A stretch of 61,198 bases of DNA, the filler included, from Squatina squatina (taxonomy: Eukaryota): NCBI GenBank assembly GCA_031763465.1. It is 3 parts of 3 records of this genome, joined end to end, with 100 filler letters (N's around TTAATTAATTAA, not from the genome) between each part and the next. Parts side by side here need not be neighbours in the genome. Positions count along the whole stretch, not along the records: positions 15,057 to 45,588 come from JARFOE010000100.1; positions 45,689 to 61,198 come from JARFOE010000046.1; 1 more part is not named here. The stretch is one strand, 5' to 3'. Both the position numbers and the translations under genes were made by a program. Each line of letters starts with the position of its first letter. Position 1 is the first letter of the stretch. The notes beneath the pieces were generated by a model. The model did not search any database. It was given only the letters and a program-made list of their open reading frames with translations, and was not told the origin of the DNA. This document shows positions 36,871-50,200 of this stretch, piece after piece.

Positions 36871-39025
36871 CAGAATACTGTCACCATCAGTCCAAGAACA
36901 TGGAGTTTGTTGCCTTTGTTGTATTCACTGAGATGTATGCAGGCACTGCTATGGTAATAATCGCTTCCCTGGTCCTTGCACGCAAAAGAAAACTGTTTGA
37001 CATCACTTAGTTCCGGAGAGACCTTGTATCACTGGGGTCACCAGCCAGCGTTTCCCGGATATCTATCTTAGTGTTGTCTACTCAACACTCTTAACACTGA
37101 TTTGATCTCCATTCGCAGATTTGCCACTAGACTGTGCCGAGGGTTATTTCATTCGGGCATCAGTGGGCAAATTGGATCACTTGTTCTGAGGGTTGGGAGT
37201 AACTGATTTCAAGGCCATTGGACTGTAAATAAGTCCACCTGACATACCAACGGACTTAAATTATGAACCATATAGTCAACATATTGACCAAACAGTAGCT
37301 ATCCAATGAGTCTCCAAGGTTGGACTCTTCTTTGTCCAAATCCTTTTGAATACGGTCAGTTTTGCTTGCACATTACAGCTAGTTCCATAGCTTAGTGAAA
37401 TCAGTAATTTTTGTAGTCTTAACAAGTACTTTCCTCTATATCCGTTTATCTGCATTGTGAATAAAGGAGCCATAACTCCCTAGCGATCTCCACTCATGGC
37501 TGACCCAGGTTGAGCTTTTATTTTTAGTTGCAACCAGAGGTTTTGTATTGAGCTATGTTTTGATACAATTAGCTAATTAGTCATAGTTCATAATCCTTTA
37601 ATCTTTTAAGTTTAGCATAAGTGTGTGTATTTGATTCCATATGTCTATAACCTCACTGTTGGCCATTTGTGGCTGCCGCTTTGACAAAATTGCCTTTTAA
37701 CTTCAAGGACAGCCTTTGCACTGTCGTGGCAGTCACCAGCAATATTGGTTACATTTTCCATTTGTTTTGGCGTTTTTTCCCCTGCGTATTCATGCCATCA
37801 ACTCTGTATGCTATTGTACACTTGCATGGAAAAGTTAAGATTTCTATCTTGAGTGCAGTGAAACTCTCCTAGCTTTGCAGAAACTTGTAGTAGACTCAAA
37901 GCATTGATCTAGACCTGGGAGGTAGAAATAGCTTGCCAGTAAGGCATATTGACGGCCTGCACTTGAATTCAAAGCCACGAGTGTGACCTGACCACTTGAG
38001 TTTATGCAATATTAAGTCTAAGTTCTATGCATAGAATTGGGATTTGTACTACGTTGTTGTCATTAACTGAACATACTTTATAAATATACATACGAATCAG
38101 ATAGGGTTGCTGGGGATTGGGTGAGAGGGAAACAAACACTACCTGTTTTCTCCTTTACCAGAATCTGAGGCCAGACCTTGCCTGGATTGTGGGTAAACAG
38201 ACTACAGTTCTCAAATTGTTAATAAGGGGCCATGAGCATTGTTCTGGCATTCCTTAATGACAAAATGGAAGGACGAGTTGTCCAGCAGGCAGACAGGCAA
38301 TTAATTGGTCGCTGGAATCTTGCAGTTACACTTGCTGGACCTGTTGTGCAGTCCTGAGAACCAGAGGCCAGGACTTTTGTGTAAATTAAACATTAAAGAT
38401 GGAAAAATGGCAAATACAGATTTTAGGAACTGAATTAATGCAATAAATGGCCTTGGCAATCTTCCTTACTCAGCAGGTATGGAAAGAGAAGTTTTATGAT
38501 GGGCGATGTGATGCATTCTTGAGAAGTCAAGTACAGCAAAAATATGTTTTGTTTGTAATGTTACATTAGCAATTATTCCCTTGAAAAGAAAATATATTAA
38601 TTTGTAGGGTTGAAGGTCACAGTATACCATAAAACCTTGAAAGCAACACACAAACTATTTTCCATTGTCTTTGGCCCAGGCATGCCTATTTGCAAATAAT
38701 GCCATAAGTTAAGTTTTGACCTGCTTTTATGATCTACTTTTATGTCATTGTTCCTTTTGAAAATTGGTATTTTTGGAGGTGTGTCTCAGTCTCTAGTAAT
38801 TTCTCTTTGACTTGTTTTTGAAAAACATTTTTAATGGTGTCCTATGCAACACTGCTGCTAAATTGATGAAACCTCATTCATTTCATGCGTGCATTTGGTG
38901 GGGAAAAAAGTGGTACATGAAGAAATACATCAAAAGGGAATGAGGGAACTGGTGGAGAAGTGAATAATACACATCCTTACATTTTTCAGCTTTGGCTTAT
39001 TCGTTCATTTCTTTTTGTTTCACAG

Positions 39026-39123
39026 CGGATCCTCTAGTTGGGAGCATAGCAACTCAATATTTGACCAACAGAGCAGAACATGACAGGATAGCCAGACAGT
39101 GGACCAAGAGATATGCTACATAA
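39026..39123 (+). CDS. UBE2E3: Ubiquitin-conjugating enzyme E2 E3, last coding exon
   Basis: TTTCACAG acceptor, (A)[38 protein letters not shown] and DRIAR distinguish UBE2E3 from UBE2E1/E2 (YMTN, DRMAR); synteny with CWC22 agrees. Confidence 0.97.
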
Positions 39124-39775
39124 ATTGCATCACTTCCTGTGTTGTGAAAAGGAGCAGGAGGCATTATTTACAATGTGCAACAATTCTTTATAGCCTTTAC
39201 AATACGGACTTCTGTGTATATGTTATACTGATTCTAATCTCTGCTTTTATCTTTTGAAGATTGGGACAAGCCCCTGTAAAAGGTAAATGCTATTGAAGTA
39301 GATCTTTGTAGCAGTAGATTAGTTATGTTTAAATGCCTACTTGCAAGTCTGCTTCTTTGGGATATCAAAATGTATTTTGTGACGTAATAAGGAAAATGTT
39401 CCTCAAGTCAACCAAATATTATGGTGCATTTTAGCCTAATCCATTATCTGTATGAAATCTATGATAGCTGTAGATTATTAGAATTTTGGCATTCGTATTA
39501 AACCCAGTTCCATTTCCGATCATGTGGTACATGCTGTTGNNNNNNNNNNNNNNNNNNNNNNNNNNNNNNNNNNNNNNNNNNNNNNNNNNNNNNNNNNNNN
39601 NNNNNNNNNNNNNNNNNNNNNNNNNNNNNNNNNNNNNNNACATGCTGTTGTGAATCCGTTTTACCTTTTGTCAATTTGTAATGAAGAGATTTCATTTAAA
39701 ACTTTGTAGCTCTAAATAATGAGCACCTGATGTATCATCTCAAAACACAATAAACTTGTTTCCGAGGTTATTTAT
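39124..39775 (+). other. UBE2E3: UBE2E3 3' UTR
   Basis: Lies between the stop codon and AATAAA. From memory it closely resembles the mammalian UBE2E3 3' UTR (not aligned here). Confidence 0.8.
39749..39754 (+). promoter_or_regulatory. Polyadenylation signal AATAAA
   Basis: Canonical hexamer followed by T/GT-rich downstream sequence (TTATTTATTTATT...GTGTGTT). Confidence 0.8.
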
Positions 39776-41057
39776 TTATTTTATATTCAGTGTGTTATTT
39801 GGTGGGGAGAGTAGTATAGCTTGAGCTGTATGGTTGGATGTTATGATTGCACTTGTTGCAGATTTCTACAAAGATGGCAAGATCACTGGATAACAAATGT
39901 GGATGCAATAGAAATAGCTTTGTGGAAAGTAACTAAAGCTCGGTTTTGATGGGGTTTAAGTAACAAAATGCCACTGTGTAGGTGGTTGACTACAGGTAAA
40001 TGGCAGTAGACTAGCATAAGCACGCATTTATACTGGCAATTTCTCATTGATGCAAAGTAGAATCTGATGCACATTGATTAAAAGTGCCATTATAATTGAG
40101 GAATCAAATCCTAATCTGTTTCTATAATGTGCTATTAGGTTTTTATTATGATGAAGAAACAAGCGCTCTTGCCCATTTTACCTTAACATTAAAAAAAATA
40201 GCTGCCGAGTCTCAGGCCAAGAGTGGTATCATGATAGTGCCTAATATGTATTGCCCATTTAGGGCTGAACATTCTGGACATGTATAGACAGGAGACGGGG
40301 AGGAGGCTAATGACAAACAAAATAAATTGTTAATTAAATTGTAAAAAATTTAATTTTTTTAATTTAACGATCATCTCAAATCAAAATATTATTCATGGGA
40401 ACAGCTTTGATCATTTCCATCTAAGTGGGGTCTTGGAGTTGTGAGGCAATTTTATACCATTTCTAATAATGTAATTGTGAGCAATTAATTTGGTTTGCAA
40501 TGTGCCCAAATTGGGCGGAGAGTTGAGATTTGGACTAGAAGCAGCACTGCTTCAAAAACTGTTTTGTATTTCACATGATGCTGTCATCTATTTGTCTGAG
40601 AACTTCTTTGCTTCACCTTACTCAAAAACATAATTTCTTTACAATTGACATAATTCCACGGTAACAACAGAAGAAACTATATGGTGTCTTCTGTACTGCA
40701 TGTCTGCATTCACAACACCCAGGGATTCACACCTCAAAAATGCCCATATGGAAAAACAAAATCATGATTAGTTGAAATAATCAGTGTCTATACTGATTAG
40801 TTATACTGATTCGCTGAAATACCCCAATGACTAACTGCAAAGCATTTCCATTTCCACNNNNNNNNNNNNNNNNNNNNNNNNNNNNNNNNNNNNNNNNNNN
40901 NNNNNNNNNNNNNNNNNNNNNNNNNNNNNNNNNNNNNNNNNNNNNNNNNNNNNNNNNCGCAGTATTGTGCAGATGTGAATTACATTTGTGCAGTGACAAA
41001 GGTGCACTGTGTTTGGTGGGATACAGTACTTAGAAGTGCAGTTGCAATTTAATTAAT

Positions 41058-41612
41058 TTGTCCATCTTCCTCACCACAACACTCCATCCCATCTCCATGA
41101 AACTCCCCACTGGAATGGAGCTAATCTACAGGACGAGTGGGAAACTGTTCAACATCCGCTGCCTCCAGTCCAGAACCAAGGCCACCCCAACTTCTATCAT
41201 TGAGCTGCAGTACACAGATGACGCTTGTGTATGCGCACACTCGGAGGCTGAGCTCCAATCCATTGATTCATTCACTGAGGCATACGAGAGAGAATGGGCC
41301 TAATGCTAAACACCCGTAAGACAAAGGTCGTATACCAGCCTGCACCAGCCGCACAACACTGCCCCCCGATTATCAAGATCCACGGCGAGCCCCTGGACAA
41401 CGTGGATCACTTTCCATACCTTTGGAGCCTCCTCTAGGCGAGGGCAGACAGATAACGAAATCCAATACTGCCTCCAGTGTGCCAGCACAGCCTTCGGCTG
41501 CTTGAGGAAGAGAGTGTTTGAAGACAAATACCTCAAATCTGGCACCAAGCTCAGTCTACAGGGCAGCAGTCGGGGATATGATCAATGTACAGCAGGCACC
41601 TCAAAGCACTGG
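41058..41612 (+). mobile_element. RTE-clade LINE RT fragment
   Basis: IFL...ELIYRTSGKLFNIR...IELQYTDDACVCAHSEAELQ (a YADD variant); similar to the copy at 44050. Confidence 0.88.
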
Positions 41613-41775
41613 ACAAAACCAGTAGTAAGCTACATACTTTGAACAGATAAGGGCAATACATGTCATGGCATTTATNNNNNNNNNNNNNNNNNNNNNNNNN
41701 NNNNNNNNNNNNNNNNNNNNNNNNNNNNNNNNNNNNNNNNNNNNNNNNNNNNNNNNNNNNNNNNNNNNNNNNNNN

Positions 41776-41835
41776 TGGCGGAGCAGGCTCGAAGGGCCGA
41801 ATGGCCTACTCCTGCTCCTATCTTCTATGTTTCTA
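41776..41835 (+). mobile_element. CR1 LINE 3' tail fragment
   Basis: GGAGCAGGCTCGAAGGGCCGAATGGCCTACTCCTGCTCCTATCTTCTATGTTTCT. Confidence 0.8.
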
Positions 41836-42841
41836 TCTAGGATTATCATCTTTTCTTCATGAAAAGGTGCTCCTTCTAGTTACAGAGATATGTTAGTGAA
41901 GTCATCTCTAGCTTCTTGGAATTCTTTGATTATAATTTGTTTCCTGACCAAAACAGGATCAGGAGGTACGCAGGACATGGTCCCTGCTTCTCCTATTGCT
42001 TGTGCCTCCACGGTCTGAAACAATTCCAATAAGTGGATAGGGAGAAGCAAGTACTTCAGCTAACAGTAGCTGTCTCATGCTTGATGCAAGGATTATCACT
42101 CCCCAGCCCATTCACACTATTGACCATGCTGTCAGCTGTTGAAAATTGCATAACCCCTTACCCATTATAATTCTCTTTATGGAAAGCATTCTGGTTTGCG
42201 TTGGGAACCCCTCGTTTGTCTGCTTAGTGCATCCTTTTTCTTGTCTTGAGAAGGGCATCACAAATTGGTGGTAGGCCTTAGATTACCAGAGGCTGAACCA
42301 CCATTACCTCTCATAGAACTCCGAAGTCCCACAACAACAAAAAAAAACAATAACTTGTATTTATATAGCACCTTTAATAGAGCTAAACATCCCAGAATTG
42401 TCCTGGAGTCTCCAGGAATGAAAAAATAATCTCCAGGATGCTGCTATGAGCAACCTAGGAAAGAAATTATTGGGGCATTAAAATGTGTTACCAGACACAT
42501 ATTAACAGAGCACGGTCTGCTCATTATGGTGGTAGCAGTGGACATGACAAGAGTGGTATGGGACTACATGAGGGCTGTTAGACCTCTTTATCTGGAGGAT
42601 GACTAAGAGCTTGAAAATATGAATATATGTAAGAGAAATGTACAAACTCTTTGTCAACATTTTTGTAGGGGGACATGAAGGAGCGGCGATATAAAAATGC
42701 CAGTTGGCATCTTTTCAAGAACAAGGTGAAATGTTTTATTTTAATTGGCTGGCTTCTTAACTGATAACTATTGCTCATTGTCCCTTAGAATAGGATTTTG
42801 TCCTTTTATGAACCAGGCAGAAGACACGGTTTGGACCCATT

Positions 42842-43566
42842 GGGGGAAAAATTCAGCTGCTTCGCACCTCCTGTTAGCACGCAGTGGGGTTGCTAATGGG
42901 GTGCTAAGGGGTTAGTGATGCCCATGAACCTCAATGCCGGATTAGCGCTAGCGCTAATTCTTACCGCCTGGGCCTCTAGTGACAGATCGTGACGTCATAA
43001 AGTTTGCAGCGACCGATTACCGCCCCAGATGTGAAGTTGTCTCCCGTCCCCTGCTGTAACGCCGGGCATGAACAACAGTAGGTCGAGGAGGTGTTGTCAA
43101 CTTGGTTGGCCGCTTGGGGAGCGCTAATTAAAGGGAACGGTTTTCAGGTAGGCCAGCCTTTATTATTTGCACCAGTCTGGTGCCTGCTCAAGTTTTTTTA
43201 ATGTTTCATTGCTGCAAGATGTCCAAGCCCTCCACTTTGTGAGAGTGTTTGGGGCGGTAGTTGTAGTCACGCAGGTCGCCTTGCAATGCAGAACTGCCGA
43301 CAAGTAGGTTGTGCACCTTCCCTTTAAGTGAGGGAAAGAGCTTCTGATGCCGTTAACAATGTGCTCCACATTGTTCAATGCTCTGCCACTACCGTCCCGC
43401 TCTGGGACTTTAGCGCCCTAAGAGAAGTGGTTAACACTTGATTTAGCACTCCACTTCCCTCTTGGAGCGCTAAAGCTGAATTTCCTGGCAGGAGAGAATC
43501 ATTAGCGCCTGGAGCTACTTTTTCTAAAGTTAGCGCCCCAACCGGGGTGCTATGGAATTCTAGTCC
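42842..43566. mobile_element. Probable PIF/Harbinger-like MITE
   Basis: Imperfect termini GGGGGAAAAATTC and GAATTCTAGTCC with ATT on both flanks. GC-rich interior with repeated TAGCGC/GCGCTA motifs. Confidence 0.5.
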
Positions 43567-44049
43567 ATTATTTTTATTGATCATAGAAAAACTTGCTTTT
43601 TATCGTTGGATTCTGCCTTAATCATTTTCTATCTGATCTCGGTGATCCTTCAATCTGGTTTGGATGAAACAGTACTAAATCTGCGTCATCCATCCTGGTA
43701 AGCATTTGTTCAGCGGGATGTTTATTTTCAAGTTTTAATGGGAAAGTTTTGTTATTGTGGTGAGGTAAAGATACAATTAACCGCAACACGAAGCTCAAAG
43801 GCATCATCATAGGATCTGGAAGATGTTATTTGTGATTCCAATTGATTGTGAGATAAAGCTCACAGATGCCCCCAACTGGACTCCAATATCCGTTTAAGTT
43901 CAAATCAGGCAGTAGTACACTCCTAAAACTTTGTGTCCAATCTGTTATTAATCAAAATCTGTTATATCAACATACTGCACTACTTTCACTGCTGCTGCTC
44001 TTCTACCTCTTACTCTTAATCAGGATTTTGAAAACTCAGATACTATTAC

Positions 44050-45060
44050 AGTGCAGTACGCAGATGACAGTTCCATGTGTGCATACTCGGAGGCTGAGCT
44101 CCATCGTCAATTCATTTACTGAGGCGTATGAGAGAATGGGCCTCACACTAAACATCTGCAAGACAAAGGTCCTACACTAGCCTACCTCAGCCGTACAACA
44201 CTGCCCCTCGACTATCAAGCTCCAAGACGAGTCCCTGGACAATGTGGATCACTTTCCATACTTTGCAAGCCTCCGTTCAGCGAGTTCTGACATAGATGAC
44301 GAAATCCAACACTTGCTCCAGTGTACCAGCACAGCCTTCAGCCGCTTGAGGAAGAGAGTGTTTGAAGATAAAGACCTCAAACCCGGCACCAAACTCATGG
44401 TCTACAGGGCAGCAGTAATACCTGCCTTCCTGTATGTGTCGGAGATACATGAGTCAATGTACAGCAGGCACCTCAAAGCACTGGAGAAATACCACCAATG
44501 CTGCTTCCACAAAATCCTGCAAATCTACTGGCAGGATAGGTGTACCAATGTCAGCGTCCTCTCTCAGGCCAATATCCCCAACATCGAGGCACTGGTCACA
44601 CTCAACCAGCTGCGATGGGTGGGCCACACCGTCCGCATTTCTGACTCAAGACTCCCGAAACAAACACTCGATTCCAAGCTTCATTACAGCATGAGATCAC
44701 CAGGAGGGCAATGGAATCGCTTCAGGGACATCCTCAAAGCCTCTCTGAAAAAATGTAACATCCCCACCGACTTGTGGCAATCTCTGGCCCAAAACCACCC
44801 AAACTGGAGGAGAAGCATCCATGAAGGCGCCAACCACTTTGAGCTTCTCTGGCAGGAGCACATGGAGGCCAAGCACAGGCAGCGGAAGGCACGCGTGGAA
44901 ACCCGAGCATCCACTCGCCCCATCAAACACCACCTGCCCCATCTGTGGTAGAGATTGTGGATCCCTTATCGGACTATTTAGTCACCTCATAACCCACAAC
45001 TCCGGAGGGGAAACAAGTCATCCTCGACCTCGAGGGACTGCCTAAGAAGAAAGAAAGAAG
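44050..45060 (+). mobile_element. RTE-clade LINE, 5'-truncated, with 3' microsatellite tail
   Basis: QYADD at ~44055, then DHFPYFAS...TKLMVYRAAVIPAFLY...QLRWVGH and a C-terminal CPICGRDC...H motif; ends in an AAG-rich tail. Confidence 0.92.
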
Positions 45061-45632
45061 GGGAGTAACTCTCTGACATCGAACAGTAGACATTTCCCCA
45101 TTTTGGAATACTCAAACAGTGCTGAATTTCCAGCCTCGCCGAGCCTCCCACCTCCCGCCATGCGTCGCCGGCGACCCTGCGCAAATTTATGCCCCTTGCC
45201 TTTAATGACTGGTTTTCCACTCTGTCACAGTTCAAAAACAAAGAAGAGCTTCATTAGCACACTCAATTCATACTTATTTAGGCTCCCATTAACAACGAAT
45301 GGGAGTCGAGAACACAGGGGTATAGGTCATGTGGAGAACCACCAATGAGGCAGGCTTTCATTGAGTCCAGGCAGAACTGCCAGCCACTCAATTTCACACA
45401 AGCGTTGCCAGCAGTAAAAATTTGCTGGGCAAAAAAAAAATCAACCATAGTTAGTCCGAGCAAGATTTAAGTCTACTTCAGTATCAGTTTCTCAAATTGC
45501 AGCAGTGGTATTAACAATCTCAGCTGTGATAACCTTTCGCCCTCTTCTACAAAGAGCAATTACCATTTTGTGCCTGTTATTTTTTCAGNNNNNNNNNNNN
45601 NNNNNNNNNNNNNNNNNNNNNNNNNNNNNNNN

Positions 45633-45644
45633 TTAATTAATTAA
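45633..45644. other. Artificial scaffolding linker TTAATTAATTAA
   Basis: Same 44N-12-44N construct as at 15001. Confidence 0.92.
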
Positions 45645-48464
45645 NNNNNNNNNNNNNNNNNNNNNNNNNNNNNNNNNNNNNNNNNNNNCACACAGCAAAA
45701 CTGACATTCAGTTTGCCCAAAACAATTTATTTTCTGATTGTACTTGACGAACAGAGTGTCACCTTTTTCTGCTCTCAATTCTTCTGAAAGATCGGTGTGT
45801 TCCCCATGGAGACAGAATGAAACCTGTCTTAATGATCACCTTCCTACAGAAGTCAAGAGTGTTTCAGTCTATTTTATTTTTCCCACTGTATTCATTAAGA
45901 ACAAACTCTGCTGTATTGCAAGTTACATTTGCAGCATCCAAGGATACATTTTCATCTAAGATTAAATAATGTTGCAATTAGTAATGATAGAAGTAATAAC
46001 AAAAAGGCAGGATCAGAAGTTCAATTTAACATTCTTAAGCCATAATGCATATTTACTATGAAAACACACTCAAGCACAAAAGCAGTGTTGATGATGCATT
46101 AAGAACTGCCAGAACATATAATATTGTTTGTGTCATCCCGTTCCAACATATACTTGAATTGTTAGGGTTTCTTGTTTCCTTTCTTTCCATTATNNNNNNN
46201 NNNNNNNNNNNNNNNNNNNNNNNNNNNNNNNNNNNNNNNNNNNNNNNNNNNNNNNNNNNNNNNNNNNNNNNNNNNNNNNNNNNNNNNNNNNNNGTATTAA
46301 TCAATCGAGAAATGGCGTCATGATGATTGTAAGGCAAGCGGTAAGTGTAATAAATCATTTATTTGAATCAACAACAGTCACAAATAAACAGAAAAAGTGA
46401 TAGATTTGTGTGTGACTTTTTAATGGATTGATGAGGACTAATGATACTGAAATCTGGATGATGCGGCATTGCAAAAGTGACGGAAAGAACCATCACTTGT
46501 TTAAAGAAAAATCTACAAAAGGTTGCTGAAACCATTCCTTCACTCAATGCGTAATGGTGAATATATCAGTCAAATAAAATCTTGTCATGCTGTCATGTGA
46601 TGCCATATCAGTGTCAGCACTGTCATCATAATGTTTGCATGTCTGCTGTTCCTGTCCTGCAATGTAAACATATTGAAAGAGTCTGTGCCCAAGGGAAATT
46701 TGTTTCAATAAAAAGAGGGCTTGTAGGTAGGTCTTCTGTGAAGTAGCAGATGGATCCCCAGGGGATGCTAATAGCTGTGGTGCCATCCGCAATTTCAGTT
46801 AATCAGCTATCCACCCATTGTTAATACAATAAGTTTTTTTCAGTAAAATATGTTATTTGTTCTCTTGTTTCCTAAAATGGAATTGAAGAAATGACTTGGT
46901 ACCAAAAAACAAACAGTTTAATTTTTGTTGTTAAAATGTTAAATTTGCACAGTTGCATTTATCGTTCCATTGAGCAGTTTTACTTCCCACTGGTGGTAAA
47001 TTAATACACATAAAATGCTCTGAGTTCTTAGTACTTGGCTGGTAAATGGAGTTAATTGACCCATACTTAACCACCCTAATAGCCACAGACTGGATAATTT
47101 TCCCTAATGCTTTATAGCTCAAGACACTGGTTTTCATTAGCTGGATAATACATTCCATTGTTCCTTAATAGCTAAACAATGAGAAATGAGTGCCCAGAGT
47201 TTCTATTGTACAATAAGGAGTAATTTAATTGTACTGAGTGCTATTTCATTCTACTTCATAAGTTTTACATTAAGTGGGTCTGCTCCAATTACATTTCAAT
47301 GTAAATTTTGGAAAGTTGAGTGGTGTTTGAATTGAAGTCTTTAAAATAATAAAGGGATTTGATAGGGTAGATACAGAGAAACTGTTTCAACTGGTGGGGG
47401 AATCCACAGCAAGGGGNNNNNNNNNNNNNNNNNNNNNNNNNNNNNNNNNNNNNNNNNNNNNNNNNNNNNNNNNNNNNNNNNNNNNNNNNNNNNNNNNNNN
47501 NNNNNNNNNNNNNNNNAAATCGGAAACTTCCCGAAATGGTGGAGACCCGGAGCAACTGCTGGTGTTATGGCGGGGGACTGGTGGAACCCCTGAAGAACTT
47601 TGGTCCAAGTAAGTTTGATTGTGAAGTAACGAGTTGACATTCCGTGCTGCATAGTCACAAAATCATTGCAACAGAGAATTGTTCAAGGTTATTTTTGAGC
47701 TCATACTTCTGTAGAAGTCTAGAGACAAATGAAGAAAAATCAACATCACATAATAAGGATGTGTGGACATCTTTTTGCTCTTGAAGGAGACGTTGATTTG
47801 TCAAAGAACTGCGCTGAGTAGCATTCCTTTTTCTCCACAATTACTTCAGTACTGAAGGAATTGAAAATCATATTTTTAGCCATTTACTTCAACTGGAGAA
47901 TCAATAGCATGTATTTTGGCTCATTGTTATGCTCCGCACTGGCTGTTGAGTAACATCCTCACATTCCTGTTAACTTTGATGTTTTATAATTAAAGATTTA
48001 TTCATATTTGTTTGTGTATGAGAGACTTTCTGTTCTTGCCTCTTGGCACTTTTAAATTTAATAGAAGTTTAACAGTCTGCTTGAGCTCAGAGTTAATTTA
48101 AAGCAATTCAAAGATAGATGTCCAATATATTAACAACAAACCTTATGAGGTACAGTTATGTAACTATTCATTTCAAACACTGCTATTTATTAAAATGAGA
48201 CCCAATTTAACTTCTTCATAGTCACCTTCCCATCACAACTTCATCACATCAAATGAAAGAAATGGGCTGTGCAATATCACTGGGACATGCACATCGAAAC
48301 AGTATAACCTCCATTTCTGAACCAAAAAACAATGAAATTACTGGCTTAGATTTTGTGGTAGAAANNNNNNNNNNNNNNNNNNNNNNNNNNNNNNNNNNNN
48401 NNNNNNNNNNNNNNNNNNNNNNNNNNNNNNNNNNNNNNNNNNNNNNNNNNNNNNNNNNNNNNNN

Positions 48465-48520
48465 ACTCCGGAGTGGAAGCAAGTCATCCTCGAACCCGAG
48501 GGACAACCTAAGAGAAGAGA
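48465..48520 (+). mobile_element. RTE LINE 3' tail
   Basis: CAAGTCATCCTCGAACCCGAGGGACAACCTAAGAGAAGAG matches 45014-45055. Confidence 0.75.
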
Positions 48521-48524
48521 ATAT

Positions 48525-49156
48525 GCAAATCGGCCAGCAAATTCAGGTAACGCAGTGAATTGCGCACAAATGGCTTCTCGTCCTTAAGCTCCCCGTTATT
48601 TTTAAGAAATTGCTGAGTTTGCACGTTAATTGTTCATTAAATTCGCCACAGAAAGTTAATCCGATAATTAACAGTATAAGCAACTTTTTAACAATGTGAT
48701 ATCTGTTAATGCAAATGGCAATCAACCTCTCTGGCCGAGAATGAGAACAATTTAAAATGTTCAATCTACTTCCTGCTTGTAGTCAATTGTTGTGAGAGAT
48801 TTTAAAAATGTCAAATCTTACATTTTTAGATATTTTTCTTACTTTTCCTTTCCGTCTCTCTTTTTTCTCTCTCAATCCAATCTTTATTTCCTTCCCTTTA
48901 TTTCTCTTTCTGTGCCTGATTTGATTCTAATTCACCTTATTTCCTTCCCAGTCCTCCTTCTGTTTATTTATCAATTCTTAAATTTCATTGGTTAAGGCTG
49001 GTCCCAGATGCCCTGTTGCCCTCGTCGCGACGTCACCAGCTCGCACTTTTGGCAACTTACAGGGCAAAAAAAAATGTTGAGCTGAAGGCTGCAGAAAAAA
49101 GTCTAGCTCAACTGGGGTACACCTTGAGACGCCCTGCTCCAGCACATTCCAGCCCA
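48525..49156. mobile_element. Second copy of the 12019-12791 MITE family (left end interrupted)
   Basis: Shares ATCAACCTCTCTGGC, GATTTTAAAAATGTCAAAT, the pyrimidine tract and GTCCCAGATGCCCTG in the same order; ends CAGCACATTCCAGCCC. Confidence 0.7.
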
Positions 49157-49784
49157 TGGCTTTGGGAAGGAGGCAGCCAGCTGGTTCCCTGTCAGTTGCT
49201 TGAATCTACAAGTTAATGGCATCAGCAGCTTTCTCATGTTTGCGATGTTGATGCAGGCAATGCTGCAGCCTCACGTTGTTGCCAAGTCATGTGTTTTTTG
49301 AGGACAGGTGAAAATCCAAAATGTGAAGCACCAGGTGATTGGCTCTTAGTCATCTGCATTGTGACTGGCCATTACTTCTCCAAATGTGAAGCATGGAACC
49401 AGCCAGAAGAAAACCTAAATTAGTTACAATATTTATGGAGCGAGGTGGTGCAGGAGCAGACAGAGCAAAAACAAGTGTCAGTGCTGAGCATGGTCAACAG
49501 CTGACACTAACAGCAAATATGCCAAACGAGTGCATTCTGGCTCCTTTTCTTGGATTTGTAAATGAAAATGTTGTTATTGTCAACAGTGTTCCATCGTGAT
49601 TCCATTACAGTGGTTTGTGCTGTATTTAATTACCAGGCAGAAGGAAAATCAGAGTAAATGTAAAATGCTGCAAAAGTTTCAACTTTTCCACAGGGTCTTC
49701 AAACACCGAATGAAGCATGATCACTTCTAAACAACGTGAGAAATTGAAAGAACTCGTGAGCTAAAGAAATGAGTATATCTCAGT

Positions 49785-50200
49785 GTGCGGCTCTGCTTGA
49801 AAGATAATTTAATTTTGGTACAAGATTTGAACACATAATCCAGGCTGATACTTCATTGCAGTACTGAGAGAGTTCTGTATTGCTGGAGGTGCCATCTTTC
49901 CGATGAGATATTTAACCAAGGTCCAGCTATTCAGGTAGATGTAAAAGATTCCATGGCGCTATTGGAAGAAAAGCTGGGAATTCTTCTGATCCCCTGGCCA
50001 ACATTCATCCCTCAACCAACACCAATAAAAATAGATTTGCTGGCAATTATTTGTTGTGTGTGGGACCATGCTGTGTGAATATTTGCTCCCACGCTTTCTT
50101 CCTTAACAACTTCACCCCCGTCTCTCTCTTGATGTTTTACTTCAAAAAAAGTATTGGGATGTCCCGAGGATATAAAAGGCACGATAATTCAAGTTCTTTG
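49785..50200 (+). mobile_element. Deu-domain SINE (SacSINE1/AmnSINE1-like), degenerate
   Basis: GGAGGTGCCATCTTTCCGATGAGA...GTAAAAGATTCCATGGC...CCTGGCCAACATTCATCCCTCAACCAAC resembles the DeuSINE central domain; similar to 57855-58202. Confidence 0.7.

Noticed and set aside
47517-47614. Possible exon ending in a GTAAGT donor
   Set aside because: No frame matches a protein I recognise, and the 5' side is lost in a gap.
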